From Myxococcota bacterium (GTDB lineage: Bacteria; Myxococcota_A; Polyangia; Polyangiales; Sandaracinaceae): a DNA stretch of 64,000 nucleotides. Below the pieces are notes generated by a model, which was not told the DNA's origin, did no database searches, and saw only the letters and a list, made by a program, of their open reading frames with translations. This document shows positions 1 to 8,526 of the stretch, piece by piece; within the stretch, counting starts at the first letter, position 1, and every line of letters starts with the position of its first letter. The stretch spans positions 1 through 64,000 of the forward strand of contig JAYZQJ010000137.1 in the NCBI GenBank assembly GCA_036149055.1, in the 5' to 3' direction. A program made the translations under genes and the position numbers.

Positions 1-135
1 TGGCCGCCCGCTGCCGCGGGATCGGACGGGCGGGGTGGTGCGTGCGGCGACGTCGCTGCGCTCGTCGCCTGCCGTCGCGTCGCGCGTCCCGACTCGGGGC
101 GCTTCGACCGGGTGCGCCCCGCTTGTGACGGCGGG

Positions 136-337
136 GGGCGTGACGGGGACGATCCTATTCGAATCGACAAACTCTCGTACGGACCTCTGCCTCGGCAGTG
201 TCTGCGCTCCTCCTCCCCTCCTTCCTCCCCTCTCCCCTGTTGCGCCTGGGCGGCGGGCGTGACGGGGACGATCCTATTCGATCGACAAACTCTCGTACGG
301 ACCTCTGCCTCGGCAGAGTCTGCGCTCCTCCTCCCCT
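136..337. repeat. Two direct copies (about 83 bp, period 119 bp) of an intergenic element with an internal hairpin
   Basis: GGGCGTGACGGGGACGATCCTATTCG(A)ATCGACAAACTCTCGTACGGACCTCTGCCTCGGCAG(T/A)GTCTGCGCTCCTCCTCCCCT occurs at 136-219 and 255-337; the second copy contains the inverted pair CTCTGCC-tc-GGCAGAG. Confidence 0.9.
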
Positions 338-386
338 GTTGCGCGTGCACCCGCGTGCACCCGCGCCCTTCCTCCCTGCCTCCCGA

Positions 387-1466
387 TCAGGCGCGGGCCA
401 GGGCGCGGAGCTCCTCCGGGGTTCTGGGGGCAGGGACGGAGCGCAGGCCGGGGGTCTCGGGCGCGCCGAGGGCGAGCAGCTCGCCGCGCGCGTCGACGAC
501 GACGAGGTGGTGGGCGGCGAGGGCCTCGAGGCCGGCGGGGGCGAGGGCGCGGACGGCGAAGCGTCGGGGGTCGTCGTGGGGGAGGGCGAGGGTGGCCCCC
601 CAGCGCTTCTTGAAGCGCAGCGAGCCGTCGGCCGCGAAGGGGTAGCCGAGGCCGAGGCCGAGGTGGGTCGCGCCTCGGCGGCGCGCCTCCTCCATCGCGA
701 AGACGAACATCGCCTCGTGGGCCCGGACCCGGCGCGCGGGATCGGTGACGCCCCACACCTTGACCTCGAGCGGCGCGTCGCGGCCGTGGAGGCGGGCGAC
801 GAGCGCGGAGCCGAGCCGCTCGCCGCCCTCGTCGACGTGCAGGAGGAAGCCCCATCGCGCGAGGCGGCGGAGGTGACGGCGCCGGGCCACGTAGCCTCCG
901 GGGCCGAAGCGCGCGCGCGTGGTCGGCGCGTAGAGCGTGTCGTAGAAGCGGTCGAAGCCCTCGCCGCCTTCGTCGACCCGCGCCTCGAGGTCGCGCAGGA
1001 TCGCGGCCGCGCGTCGGCGGCGCTCGCGGTCCCAGCGCTCGCTCGCGGAGATGCGCAGGTCGACGGTGGCCCGCACGAAGTGAGGCGCGATCAGCCATCC
1101 CTCGCGCCGCCGCCGCGCGGCGTCCGAGGCGAGGAGCTCGACGACCTCCAGGTCTGCGTCGGCGGCGGCCTCGGAGGAGAAGGGCCCGAGGCCGAGGCGC
1201 TTCGCGAGGTCGTGACGCGCGTAGACGTCGCGGCCGGTGTAGCGCAGCGTCATCGTCTCCGAGCGCGCGAGGCCCACCGCGGTGCGCCGCGCCGCGAGCC
1301 GCTCGATCGACGCCCGCCCCCGCTCGAGCCAGCCCGGCGGGAGCAGGCCGCCCCAGCTGTGCGCCCAGGCGCTGCACTCGTCCCAGAGCGGAGAGAGCAC
1401 GCTGGAGGAGGAGGGGGGGCGCACCGAAACCTCGCGGCATGGTCTCAGAATTCGGGCACACTGCAA
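387..1466 (-). CDS. GNAT/FemAB-like fold protein (start uncertain, possibly the GTG near 1424)
   Basis: C-terminal 'EEARRRGATHLGLGLG...GSLRFKKRWGA' resembles the end of FemAB/GNAT-type domains; 'FDRFYDTLY' also fits. Confidence 0.55.
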   Translation of the reverse strand: MQCARILRPCREVSVRPPSSSSVLSPLWDECSAWAHSWGGLLPPGWLERGRASIERLAARRTAVGLARSETMTLRYTGRDVYARHDLAKRLGLGPFSSEAAADADLEVVELLASDAARRRREGWLIAPHFVRATVDLRISASERWDRERRRRAAAILRDLEARVDEGGEGFDRFYDTLYAPTTRARFGPGGYVARRRHLRRLARWGFLLHVDEGGERLGSALVARLHGRDAPLEVKVWGVTDPARRVRAHEAMFVFAMEEARRRGATHLGLGLGYPFAADGSLRFKKRWGATLALPHDDPRRFAVRALAPAGLEALAAHHLVVVDARGELLALGAPETPGLRSVPAPRTPEELRALARA

Positions 1467-1471
1467 GGTCG

Positions 1472-2281
1472 ATGGGCGAGTCGACCGCGTGGTGGGAGTC
1501 GTTCTTCGATGCGACTTACGCCGACGTCTGTCTGGCCCGCATCGACCCGGCGACGACCGCGGCGACGGCGACCTTCCTGACCCGTCACCTCGCGCTCGGG
1601 CCCGGCGCCCGCGCGCTCGATCAGTGCTGCGGGACCGGTCGGCTTGCCCTCGCGCTCGCCCGGGAGGGCGTCGAGGTGGTGGGGGTGGACCGAAACCCGG
1701 AGTACGTCGACGCGGCCCGCGACGCGGCGCGCGACCTGCCGGCCTCGTTCGTCGCCGCCGACGCCACCCGCTTCGTGCCGGACCGCCCGGTCGACGCCGC
1801 GTTCAACTGGTTCACGAGCCTCGGCTACGCGGACGAGGCCTTCGACGCGGCGCTGATCGGCCGCGCCGTCGAGGCGCTCCGTCCGGGCGGCCGCCTCGCG
1901 CTCGAGACCTTCAACCTGGTGCGTGTGCTGCGCGACGGTGGCCGTATCGGGCTGCGCGAGCGGATCCGTCGGCGCCTGCGACGGCGCCATCCTCATTCGC
2001 ACGAGCGCTATCCTCACGCGCCCTATCCCCACGAACGCAGCGGCGAGGCCATCTCGATCGAGGCGACGCACGTGGACTTCTTGCGCGGCACGCTCGTGGG
2101 CACCTGGCGCGTCGGCGGCGAGCGCCGCACCACCCGGCTCCGCATGACGTTGCCGCACCAGCTCGTCGGCCTGCTCGAGGCGGCGGGGCTCGAGCGGCCG
2201 CGCCTCTACGGCTCCCTCGACGCCGAGCCCTTCACCGCCGACAGTCCGCGGTGCATCCTCGTCGCGCGCAAGCCGGGATGA
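1472..2281 (+). CDS. Class I SAM-dependent methyltransferase
   Basis: 'ALDQCCGTGRLA', 'VVGVDRN', 'FNWFTSLGY', 'LRPGGRL'; N-terminal 'WWESFF'. Confidence 0.9.
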   Translation: MGESTAWWESFFDATYADVCLARIDPATTAATATFLTRHLALGPGARALDQCCGTGRLALALAREGVEVVGVDRNPEYVDAARDAARDLPASFVAADATRFVPDRPVDAAFNWFTSLGYADEAFDAALIGRAVEALRPGGRLALETFNLVRVLRDGGRIGLRERIRRRLRRRHPHSHERYPHAPYPHERSGEAISIEATHVDFLRGTLVGTWRVGGERRTTRLRMTLPHQLVGLLEAAGLERPRLYGSLDAEPFTADSPRCILVARKPG

Positions 2282-3672
2282 CGCCGCCCGCCGCCATTCA
2301 CGCCGCGGTCGCGCCGGTGCAGCGTCTGGGGCCGGCCGGCCTCCGCGCCCTCGAGGAGCGACTGGCGCCGGTCCGCGCCGGGACCACCCCGATCGGTCGC
2401 CGCGTCGCGCTCTCGCCCATCCTGCTGCCGCCCTCCGTGACCGAGGCGCTCGACGGCCTGGGTCGAGCGACGCACGTGGTGTTGCGAGAGGCCCTCGACG
2501 CCGCGCGCGCCGATCCGCGCTTCGCCGCTCGCCTGTGGCCGGGCCCGCGTGCGCTCGCGCGGGTGGGGCGTCGCTTCGGGATCCGTCAGGCGCAGTGGGC
2601 GGCGTTCGGCGTGCCGTCGTTCTTCGCGCACCACCGCGTGGCTCAGCCGGACCCGGTGCCCCGCTGTCGGCTCGACGCCTTCTGGATCGACGGATCGCCG
2701 CGGGTCTTCGAGCTCAACGTCGGCGCGATGCTCTGCTCGGTGATGGACGGGCTGGCCCAGGCGAGCGCCGAGCCCCTCGCCGCGCTCGTCTCCGGGTGCG
2801 CGGCGCCGCGGGCGGCCGACGCGCTGGCCGAGGCGCTGCTGCGTCGTCACCGCGCCCGCTTCGGGGCGAGGCCGGCGCGCGCGGCGCAGCTCGATCACCC
2901 CGGCGCGCGCTGCGGGGACGCCGACGCGCTGGTCGAGGCGCTGCGCGCGAAAGGCGTGACCGCGCGCCGCGTGCCCTGCGGCGCGGTCTCCTTCCGTCGC
3001 GGGCGGCTCGAGGTCGACGGCGAGGCGATCACGCTGCTGAGCGAAGAGAGCACCGCCGAGCCGCCGCCCCTCGCCCTCGCCTCGGCCGCCGAGCGCGCTC
3101 GCTACAAGCTCGCCCGCTGGCGCGCGCTGACCCGGGGGGCGGCCATCGTGCACCCCGCGCCCTACGAGGCGCTCTTCCACAAGGGCTTCCTCGCGCTCGT
3201 CTCGGAGGGCGCCCTGCGCGGCGTGGTCGACGCGGAGGCGCTCGACGCGCTCGAGCGGCACGTCGCCTGGACGCGCCGGACCACGCCGGAGGCGGTCGCG
3301 TCGTTCGAGGGGGATCGGGCGCCGCTCCGGGAGCTCGCGATCCGGCATCGGGCGCGGCTGGTGCTGAAGCCGATGATCGGGCACGGGGGGCGCGGGGTGG
3401 TGCTCGGTGACCGAACGCCGGCGGAGCGCTGGACGCGGGAGGTCGACGCCGCGATCCGCGCGCGCGACGCGGTGCTGCAGGAGCGCCTGACGCCGCCCTC
3501 CCTCGAGCTGCTGCTCCCCGGCGGGCGGGTCGTGGGCGCCCACGCCGACCTCAGCCCGGTGTTCGTCGACGGACGGCTCGCGGCGGTCTTCAGCCGCTAC
3601 GACGAGCGCGGCGGGCTGCTCCGCTACCTCGGCGGGGGCGGCGGGCTCGTGCCGGTCTGGATGGCGCGATGA
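2278..3672 (+). CDS. Circularly permuted ATP-grasp ligase (glutathionylspermidine synthase-like)
   Basis: 'CRLDAF...PRVFELN' lies upstream of 'LVLKPMIGHGGRGVVLG' and 'VLQE', the permuted ATP-grasp motif order; ATGA overlap with the upstream methyltransferase. Confidence 0.7.
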   Translation: MTPPAAIHAAVAPVQRLGPAGLRALEERLAPVRAGTTPIGRRVALSPILLPPSVTEALDGLGRATHVVLREALDAARADPRFAARLWPGPRALARVGRRFGIRQAQWAAFGVPSFFAHHRVAQPDPVPRCRLDAFWIDGSPRVFELNVGAMLCSVMDGLAQASAEPLAALVSGCAAPRAADALAEALLRRHRARFGARPARAAQLDHPGARCGDADALVEALRAKGVTARRVPCGAVSFRRGRLEVDGEAITLLSEESTAEPPPLALASAAERARYKLARWRALTRGAAIVHPAPYEALFHKGFLALVSEGALRGVVDAEALDALERHVAWTRRTTPEAVASFEGDRAPLRELAIRHRARLVLKPMIGHGGRGVVLGDRTPAERWTREVDAAIRARDAVLQERLTPPSLELLLPGGRVVGAHADLSPVFVDGRLAAVFSRYDERGGLLRYLGGGGGLVPVWMAR

Positions 3673-4421
3673 GCGGGCGCCTGGCCGCGCTCCTCCGCGG
3701 GGCGCCCGACGCGCTGCGACACGCGCCGGCCGAGCTGCCCGCGCTCGCCCGCTTCCTCGCCGGGGGCCCGGGCCGCGCCGCCCTCGCCGCGCGCTTCTAT
3801 CGGATCACCGCCCTCGTGGACTGCCCTCACCGGCAGTCCGAGGTGTTCGAGGTGGCCGACGCGATCCTGCGCCTCGACGTGCCCGGCCACGTCGTGGAGG
3901 CGGGGGCCTACCGCGGCGGCAGCGCCGCGAAGCTGTCCCTCGCCTGCGCCCGCGCCGGGCGGCGGCTGCGCGTGTTCGACGGCTTCGAGGGCATCCCGCC
4001 GAACGACGAGGTGATGGACGAGGCCGACGTGCTCGGCAGCCGGTCCGCGGGGCCGGCGCGCTTCGAGGCCGGGGCCTACGCGGCGAGCGAGCGCGAGCTG
4101 CGCGCCACGCTCGCGCGATTCGGCGCTCCGGCGGTGTGCGAGGTGATCGCGGGCCGCTTTGCAGACACGCTCCCCCGCGAGCGCGGCCCGGTGGCGGTGG
4201 CCTTCGTCGACGTCGACCTCGCCGCCTCCACCCGCGACTGCCTGCGCGGCATCTGGCCGCGGCTGTCCCCGGGCGGCGCGCTCTTCTCCCACGACGGGCA
4301 CCTGCCGCTCGTGCGCGCGGTGCTTGCGGACCCCGACACCTGGCGCCCCCTCGGCGGCCCGCCCGCGCGCGTGGTGGGGCTCGGCCGGCGTCGCCTCGTG
4401 CGCCTGGAGAAGGGCGAGTGA
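3669..4421 (+). CDS. TylF/MycF/NovP-family O-methyltransferase
   Basis: 'VPGHVVEAGAYRGGS', 'FDGFEGIP', 'GRFADTLP', 'FVDVDL', 'WPRLSPGG'. Confidence 0.85.
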   Translation: MSGRLAALLRGAPDALRHAPAELPALARFLAGGPGRAALAARFYRITALVDCPHRQSEVFEVADAILRLDVPGHVVEAGAYRGGSAAKLSLACARAGRRLRVFDGFEGIPPNDEVMDEADVLGSRSAGPARFEAGAYAASERELRATLARFGAPAVCEVIAGRFADTLPRERGPVAVAFVDVDLAASTRDCLRGIWPRLSPGGALFSHDGHLPLVRAVLADPDTWRPLGGPPARVVGLGRRRLVRLEKGE

Positions 4422-7207
4422 GCGGCCGCCGCGGCTGGCGCTGGGGCCTCGGGCTGGCGGTCGGCTGGTTCGTGCTCGCGGCGGTCGGGGTGGCGGTGCT
4501 GCAGGCGGAGGTGTGGGATCTGCGCGCGCACGCCGAGGATCCGATCGACGCGAGCTGGCGCCTGGAGCTGGCGTGGAAGGCGACGCGCGGCGACTGGAGC
4601 GGGCTCGACTTCCACTACCCGCGCGGGCCGCTCTGGCAGGCCTTCGGCTGGGTCGCGGCCACCCTCGCCGAGGGCAACCCGCCCTGGACGCTCGCGCTCC
4701 TCTACCTCGTCTTCCACCTCGCGACGCTGGGGCTGCTGCTCGCGCTGACGCTGAAGCTCGTCCCGGCCGGCTGGGCGCGGGTCGCGGTGTTCGTCGGCTG
4801 CGCCACGCTCAGCAACGCGTCGGGCGTGGCCACCTTCCGCGGGTTCCTGCCGCTCGTGGTCCTCTTCCTCTACGCCCCTCGCGCGCTCGAGGAGGGAGAG
4901 GACCCGCGGCCCTGGCGGAGCGCGTTCGCGGCCGCCGCCGTCACCGCCGCGGCGAGCCTCGTCTCGTTCGACCGGCTCTACGCCATCGGGTTCTGCGTCG
5001 CCGCGGCGGCCGGGTTCGAGCTCGCGGTGCGGTGGCGTCGCGGCGATCCGGTGCGGCCGGCGCTCGCGAGGGTGGCGCGCTTCGGGGGCGCCTGCCTGGT
5101 CTGCTTCGCCGGGGTCGCGGCGCTGGCCCTCGCGCTCGGCGCCGACCCGGTGGAGGCGCTGCTCGCCCAGCGGGCGCTCGCCGGCGCCTACAGCTCGCAC
5201 ATGGCCACCGAGTGGCGGGTCGCGGTGCCGCCCGCGAACGTCGCCGGGGTCTTCCTCGCCTCGCTCGCGCTGGCCGCGCTCCCCCGCCTGCAGCCGGGCG
5301 GCGGACGGGCGCGGCTGGACGCCATCTGGCTGGGCGGCGCGCTCCCCGCCGTGTCCTTCGGGCTCATTCGAGCCGATGAAGGGCACATGATCTTGTCGAT
5401 GATCCCGGCCCTGGTCGTGCTCTTCTTCCTCGCCGGCGGGGCGAGCCCGGCGCTGCCCGGGGCGCGCCGGCTGCTCTCGGGCGTGCTGGCGTCGGTCGCG
5501 GTGGTCGGCTGGTTCGGCACCTACCCGAGCAACCTCGCCGGCCACCCGCGGGTGGGGCTCGAGCTCGCCGCGCTCGCCCGGGGAGAGAAACGCCCGGACC
5601 TCGGCTACCGGACCGAGCACGGCGCCGCCATCGCCTGGGCCCGAGAGCGCGCGGCCGAGGATCCCGACGCATGCATCGGCGCGAGCGCGGACATGAGCCT
5701 GGTGCACCCGTTCGCCGATCTGCGCGGCCCGAGCGAGCTGGCGATGCGCTGGAGCCACCGCATGAAGACCGAGCTCGCCGACGCGATCGAGCGCGCCGAC
5801 TGCCCGCACTACGTCTACTCCCTCAAGACCTACGACTACCCCGGCGACTCGTGGGCGCTCGGGCCCGACTTCGTCCGGGTGGCCCAGCGCTACGCGGTCG
5901 AGCGCCGGCTCGGGGCCGGCCTCCTCGGGATGCGGCGCCGCGCGCGGCCCCTCGCGGTCGAGCGGCGGGCGGTGGCGCGAGACGCGGCGGGCGGCGAGCT
6001 CGCGCTGCCGGCCGAGGTGCGGGTCCGGCTCGACGAGCGCGTGCGCGGCACCGATCTGGTGGAGGTGGCGCTGCGGATCGACGTGCCGCGGTGGAGGGTG
6101 CTCGCGGGCGGCGCGCCGCACGTGGAGTGGCGCTTCGAGGCGGACGGCGAGCCGGTCGGCGAGTGGGATCACCTCTACCAGGTGATGATCGGCGAGACCT
6201 CGCGGGTGCAGGTGAGCCCCGATCCCGAGGCGGCCGAGCACTGGTGGATGACGGGGCGGCGCCCGCCTCGGCCGCGGGAGGCGGACACGCTGGCGCTCCG
6301 GGTGAGCGCGCGGGGTGTCGCCTCGCCGGACGTCGCCCGCCTGGAGATCGCCCGCGTCGATCGCCTCCGCCTCGAGCGCGAGCCGGCGCCGCCGCCGTCC
6401 ACCTGCGACGGCCGGGTCGACCTGCTCGACGCGCTGCGGGGCGGCGAGGCGTTCGCCCGCTACGTCTCGCCGAGCCCCGGGCCCGAGCACTTCGACCTCG
6501 AGCCCTCGCCCCCGAACCGGAAGCTCGCCGAGGTCACCTTCCCGATCACGCCGTGCCCCGACACCTGCTTCTTCTTCGGCGCCTCCGTCGCCGCGCCGCC
6601 CGAGCGATCCGACGGGGTGGAGGTCGAGGCCCACGTGCTCGACCTGCCCGACCGGGTGCTGCTGCGCCGCGCGCCGATCCCGCCGGGCGGCGAGGAGCGC
6701 CGCTTCGAGCTGCCCCTCGACGGCTGGGAAGGACGGTCGGTGCTCCTGCGCGTGGGCACGCGCCCCGGCGAGGCCTACGGCGACGACTACGCCAAGATCG
6801 TGCGGCCGCGCCTGGACCGCTGCACCGCGCGGCGCACCCTCGCCGAGGCCGACGAGACCGGCGCGCTGATCCTCCGGGGCGCGGGCCGACGCCGCGGCGA
6901 GGACCTCCTGGTGGGCCCGGCCGGCGCGGAGGCGGAGCTGCCGATCACCGTGGTGCGCGGGACCTGCTTCCACGCCGCGGTGCGGACGCGCGGGGAGGCG
7001 CCGGTGCGGGTCACGGTGCGGACCCGCGAGGGCGCGCTCGAGCACGTCGCGTGGGACGGGGAGATCGCGCCGGGGAGCGACGAGGCGCTGCGGAGCGTCG
7101 ACCTGTTCGACTTCACCACCCGGCCGGTCAGCGTGATCGTCGAGGTGCGGCCCCTCGGCGCCTCGCGGGCCGAGCTCATCCGGCCTCGCCTCGGTCCCTG
7201 CCCTTGA
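4418..7207 (+). CDS. Large polytopic membrane protein (GT-C glycosyltransferase-like N-terminus, soluble C-terminal domains)
   Basis: About 10 hydrophobic segments; 'DASWRL...GLDFHYPRGPL' in the first loop; GTGA overlap with the previous gene. Confidence 0.55.
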   Translation: MSGRRGWRWGLGLAVGWFVLAAVGVAVLQAEVWDLRAHAEDPIDASWRLELAWKATRGDWSGLDFHYPRGPLWQAFGWVAATLAEGNPPWTLALLYLVFHLATLGLLLALTLKLVPAGWARVAVFVGCATLSNASGVATFRGFLPLVVLFLYAPRALEEGEDPRPWRSAFAAAAVTAAASLVSFDRLYAIGFCVAAAAGFELAVRWRRGDPVRPALARVARFGGACLVCFAGVAALALALGADPVEALLAQRALAGAYSSHMATEWRVAVPPANVAGVFLASLALAALPRLQPGGGRARLDAIWLGGALPAVSFGLIRADEGHMILSMIPALVVLFFLAGGASPALPGARRLLSGVLASVAVVGWFGTYPSNLAGHPRVGLELAALARGEKRPDLGYRTEHGAAIAWARERAAEDPDACIGASADMSLVHPFADLRGPSELAMRWSHRMKTELADAIERADCPHYVYSLKTYDYPGDSWALGPDFVRVAQRYAVERRLGAGLLGMRRRARPLAVERRAVARDAAGGELALPAEVRVRLDERVRGTDLVEVALRIDVPRWRVLAGGAPHVEWRFEADGEPVGEWDHLYQVMIGETSRVQVSPDPEAAEHWWMTGRRPPRPREADTLALRVSARGVASPDVARLEIARVDRLRLEREPAPPPSTCDGRVDLLDALRGGEAFARYVSPSPGPEHFDLEPSPPNRKLAEVTFPITPCPDTCFFFGASVAAPPERSDGVEVEAHVLDLPDRVLLRRAPIPPGGEERRFELPLDGWEGRSVLLRVGTRPGEAYGDDYAKIVRPRLDRCTARRTLAEADETGALILRGAGRRRGEDLLVGPAGAEAELPITVVRGTCFHAAVRTRGEAPVRVTVRTREGALEHVAWDGEIAPGSDEALRSVDLFDFTTRPVSVIVEVRPLGASRAELIRPRLGPCP

Positions 7208-8504
7208 GCGCGCAGGCCCGCAGGACCAGCGCGAGGATGACGAGGTTGGCGGCGCCGGTCGCGGCGCAGAAGGCGTCGACGGTGGCGGTCGGGTCGAGCC
7301 GCGCGCCCAGCGTCACCGCGGCGCCGGTCCCGACGACGGTCACGAGCTGCCACCCGAAGATCAGCCGGTTCAATCGGAGCACCGGGTAGGCGGCGGCCAC
7401 CGGCGCGTTCACCAGGGCGGTCAGCTGCCAGAGCACGATCGGCTGCGCCAGCCTCCCGGCCGGCCGCCAGGTCTCGCCGAGCGCCCACTCGAAGGCCGAG
7501 GGCGCGGCGAGCGCCGCGACCGCGGCCATGGGGATCCCCACCGCCGCGAGGCCGAGCGTGACCCGCCGGGCGAGCGGCCAGAGCGACTCGCCGGCCCGCC
7601 GGAGCTCGCCGAAGCGCTGCAAGAGGACCTGCCGGACGGCGCCGCTCACCAGCAGGGTCGGCACGCTGAGCAGCATCGCCGCGAGCGCCCACTGCCCGAC
7701 CGCCGCCTCGCCGAAGACCGCGCCGAGCGCGTAGGTCGGGAGGTGCTGGGTGAGGTGGTTGAGGAGCGCGGCCGGGACCTGCCAGCGCGGGAAGTCCTCG
7801 TAGCCGCTGGCGGCGCGGCGGAGCGCGCTGGGGGTGATCCGTCCCGGGCGCGGGCGGGGCGAGGAGACGACGAGGGCCGCCCAGCCGAGCAGCCGGCCGA
7901 AGAGCTGGCCGAGCACGAGCCCGGCCGCGCCGGTGCGCAGCAGCCCGGCGCCGATCTGCGCCGCCACGGTGGCCACGCTCCCGCTCGCCGACGCGCCGGC
8001 GAGCCCCCCGAAGCGCGCGCAGCGGGTGGCCCAGAAGCTCCAGGCGGAGTGCGCCCCGCCGACCGCGACGAAGGCCGGGCAGACCCAGAGCCAGTCGGCG
8101 AGCGATGGGCTGCCGAGCCACTCGGCGAGCGGGCGGCGGAGGAGGGCGACGGCGCCGAGGGTCAGAAGGCCGGTGGCGAGGCTGGAGAGGAGGGCCAGCG
8201 CGGTGACCCGGGCCGCGTCCTCCTCGCGCTCCGGCAGGAGGATGGCCACGTCGTAGCGGAGGGCGGCGACCGCGACGAGGGGGAGGGCGAGCGCCTGCAC
8301 CAGGCCGAGCACGCCGAAGTCCGCCGGGTCGAAGAGGCGGCCGAGCGCGGGCATCGCGAGCGCGGCGAGCCCCTGGGCCACGAACGAGCCGAGCATCAGC
8401 ACGCCCGCGCCCCGGACGGAGACGTGCGAGAACAGGGCTCGAGCGCGGGCGCGAAGGATGTCGGGGCTCCGGGCAGGGACCCGCTGCGCGGGCCCGGTCG
8501 TCAC
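7176..8504 (-). CDS. Polysaccharide/O-antigen flippase (Wzx/MOP superfamily); start uncertain
   Basis: 'AQGLAALAMPALGRLFDPADFGVLG', 'LRYDVAILLP', 'FGEAAVGQWALA'; about 12 TM segments. Confidence 0.85.
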   Translation of the reverse strand: MTTGPAQRVPARSPDILRARARALFSHVSVRGAGVLMLGSFVAQGLAALAMPALGRLFDPADFGVLGLVQALALPLVAVAALRYDVAILLPEREEDAARVTALALLSSLATGLLTLGAVALLRRPLAEWLGSPSLADWLWVCPAFVAVGGAHSAWSFWATRCARFGGLAGASASGSVATVAAQIGAGLLRTGAAGLVLGQLFGRLLGWAALVVSSPRPRPGRITPSALRRAASGYEDFPRWQVPAALLNHLTQHLPTYALGAVFGEAAVGQWALAAMLLSVPTLLVSGAVRQVLLQRFGELRRAGESLWPLARRVTLGLAAVGIPMAAVAALAAPSAFEWALGETWRPAGRLAQPIVLWQLTALVNAPVAAAYPVLRLNRLIFGWQLVTVVGTGAAVTLGARLDPTATVDAFCAATGAANLVILALVLRACALKGRDRGEAG

Positions 8505-8526
8505 TGTAGAGTGAGCGTCGGCCTCG

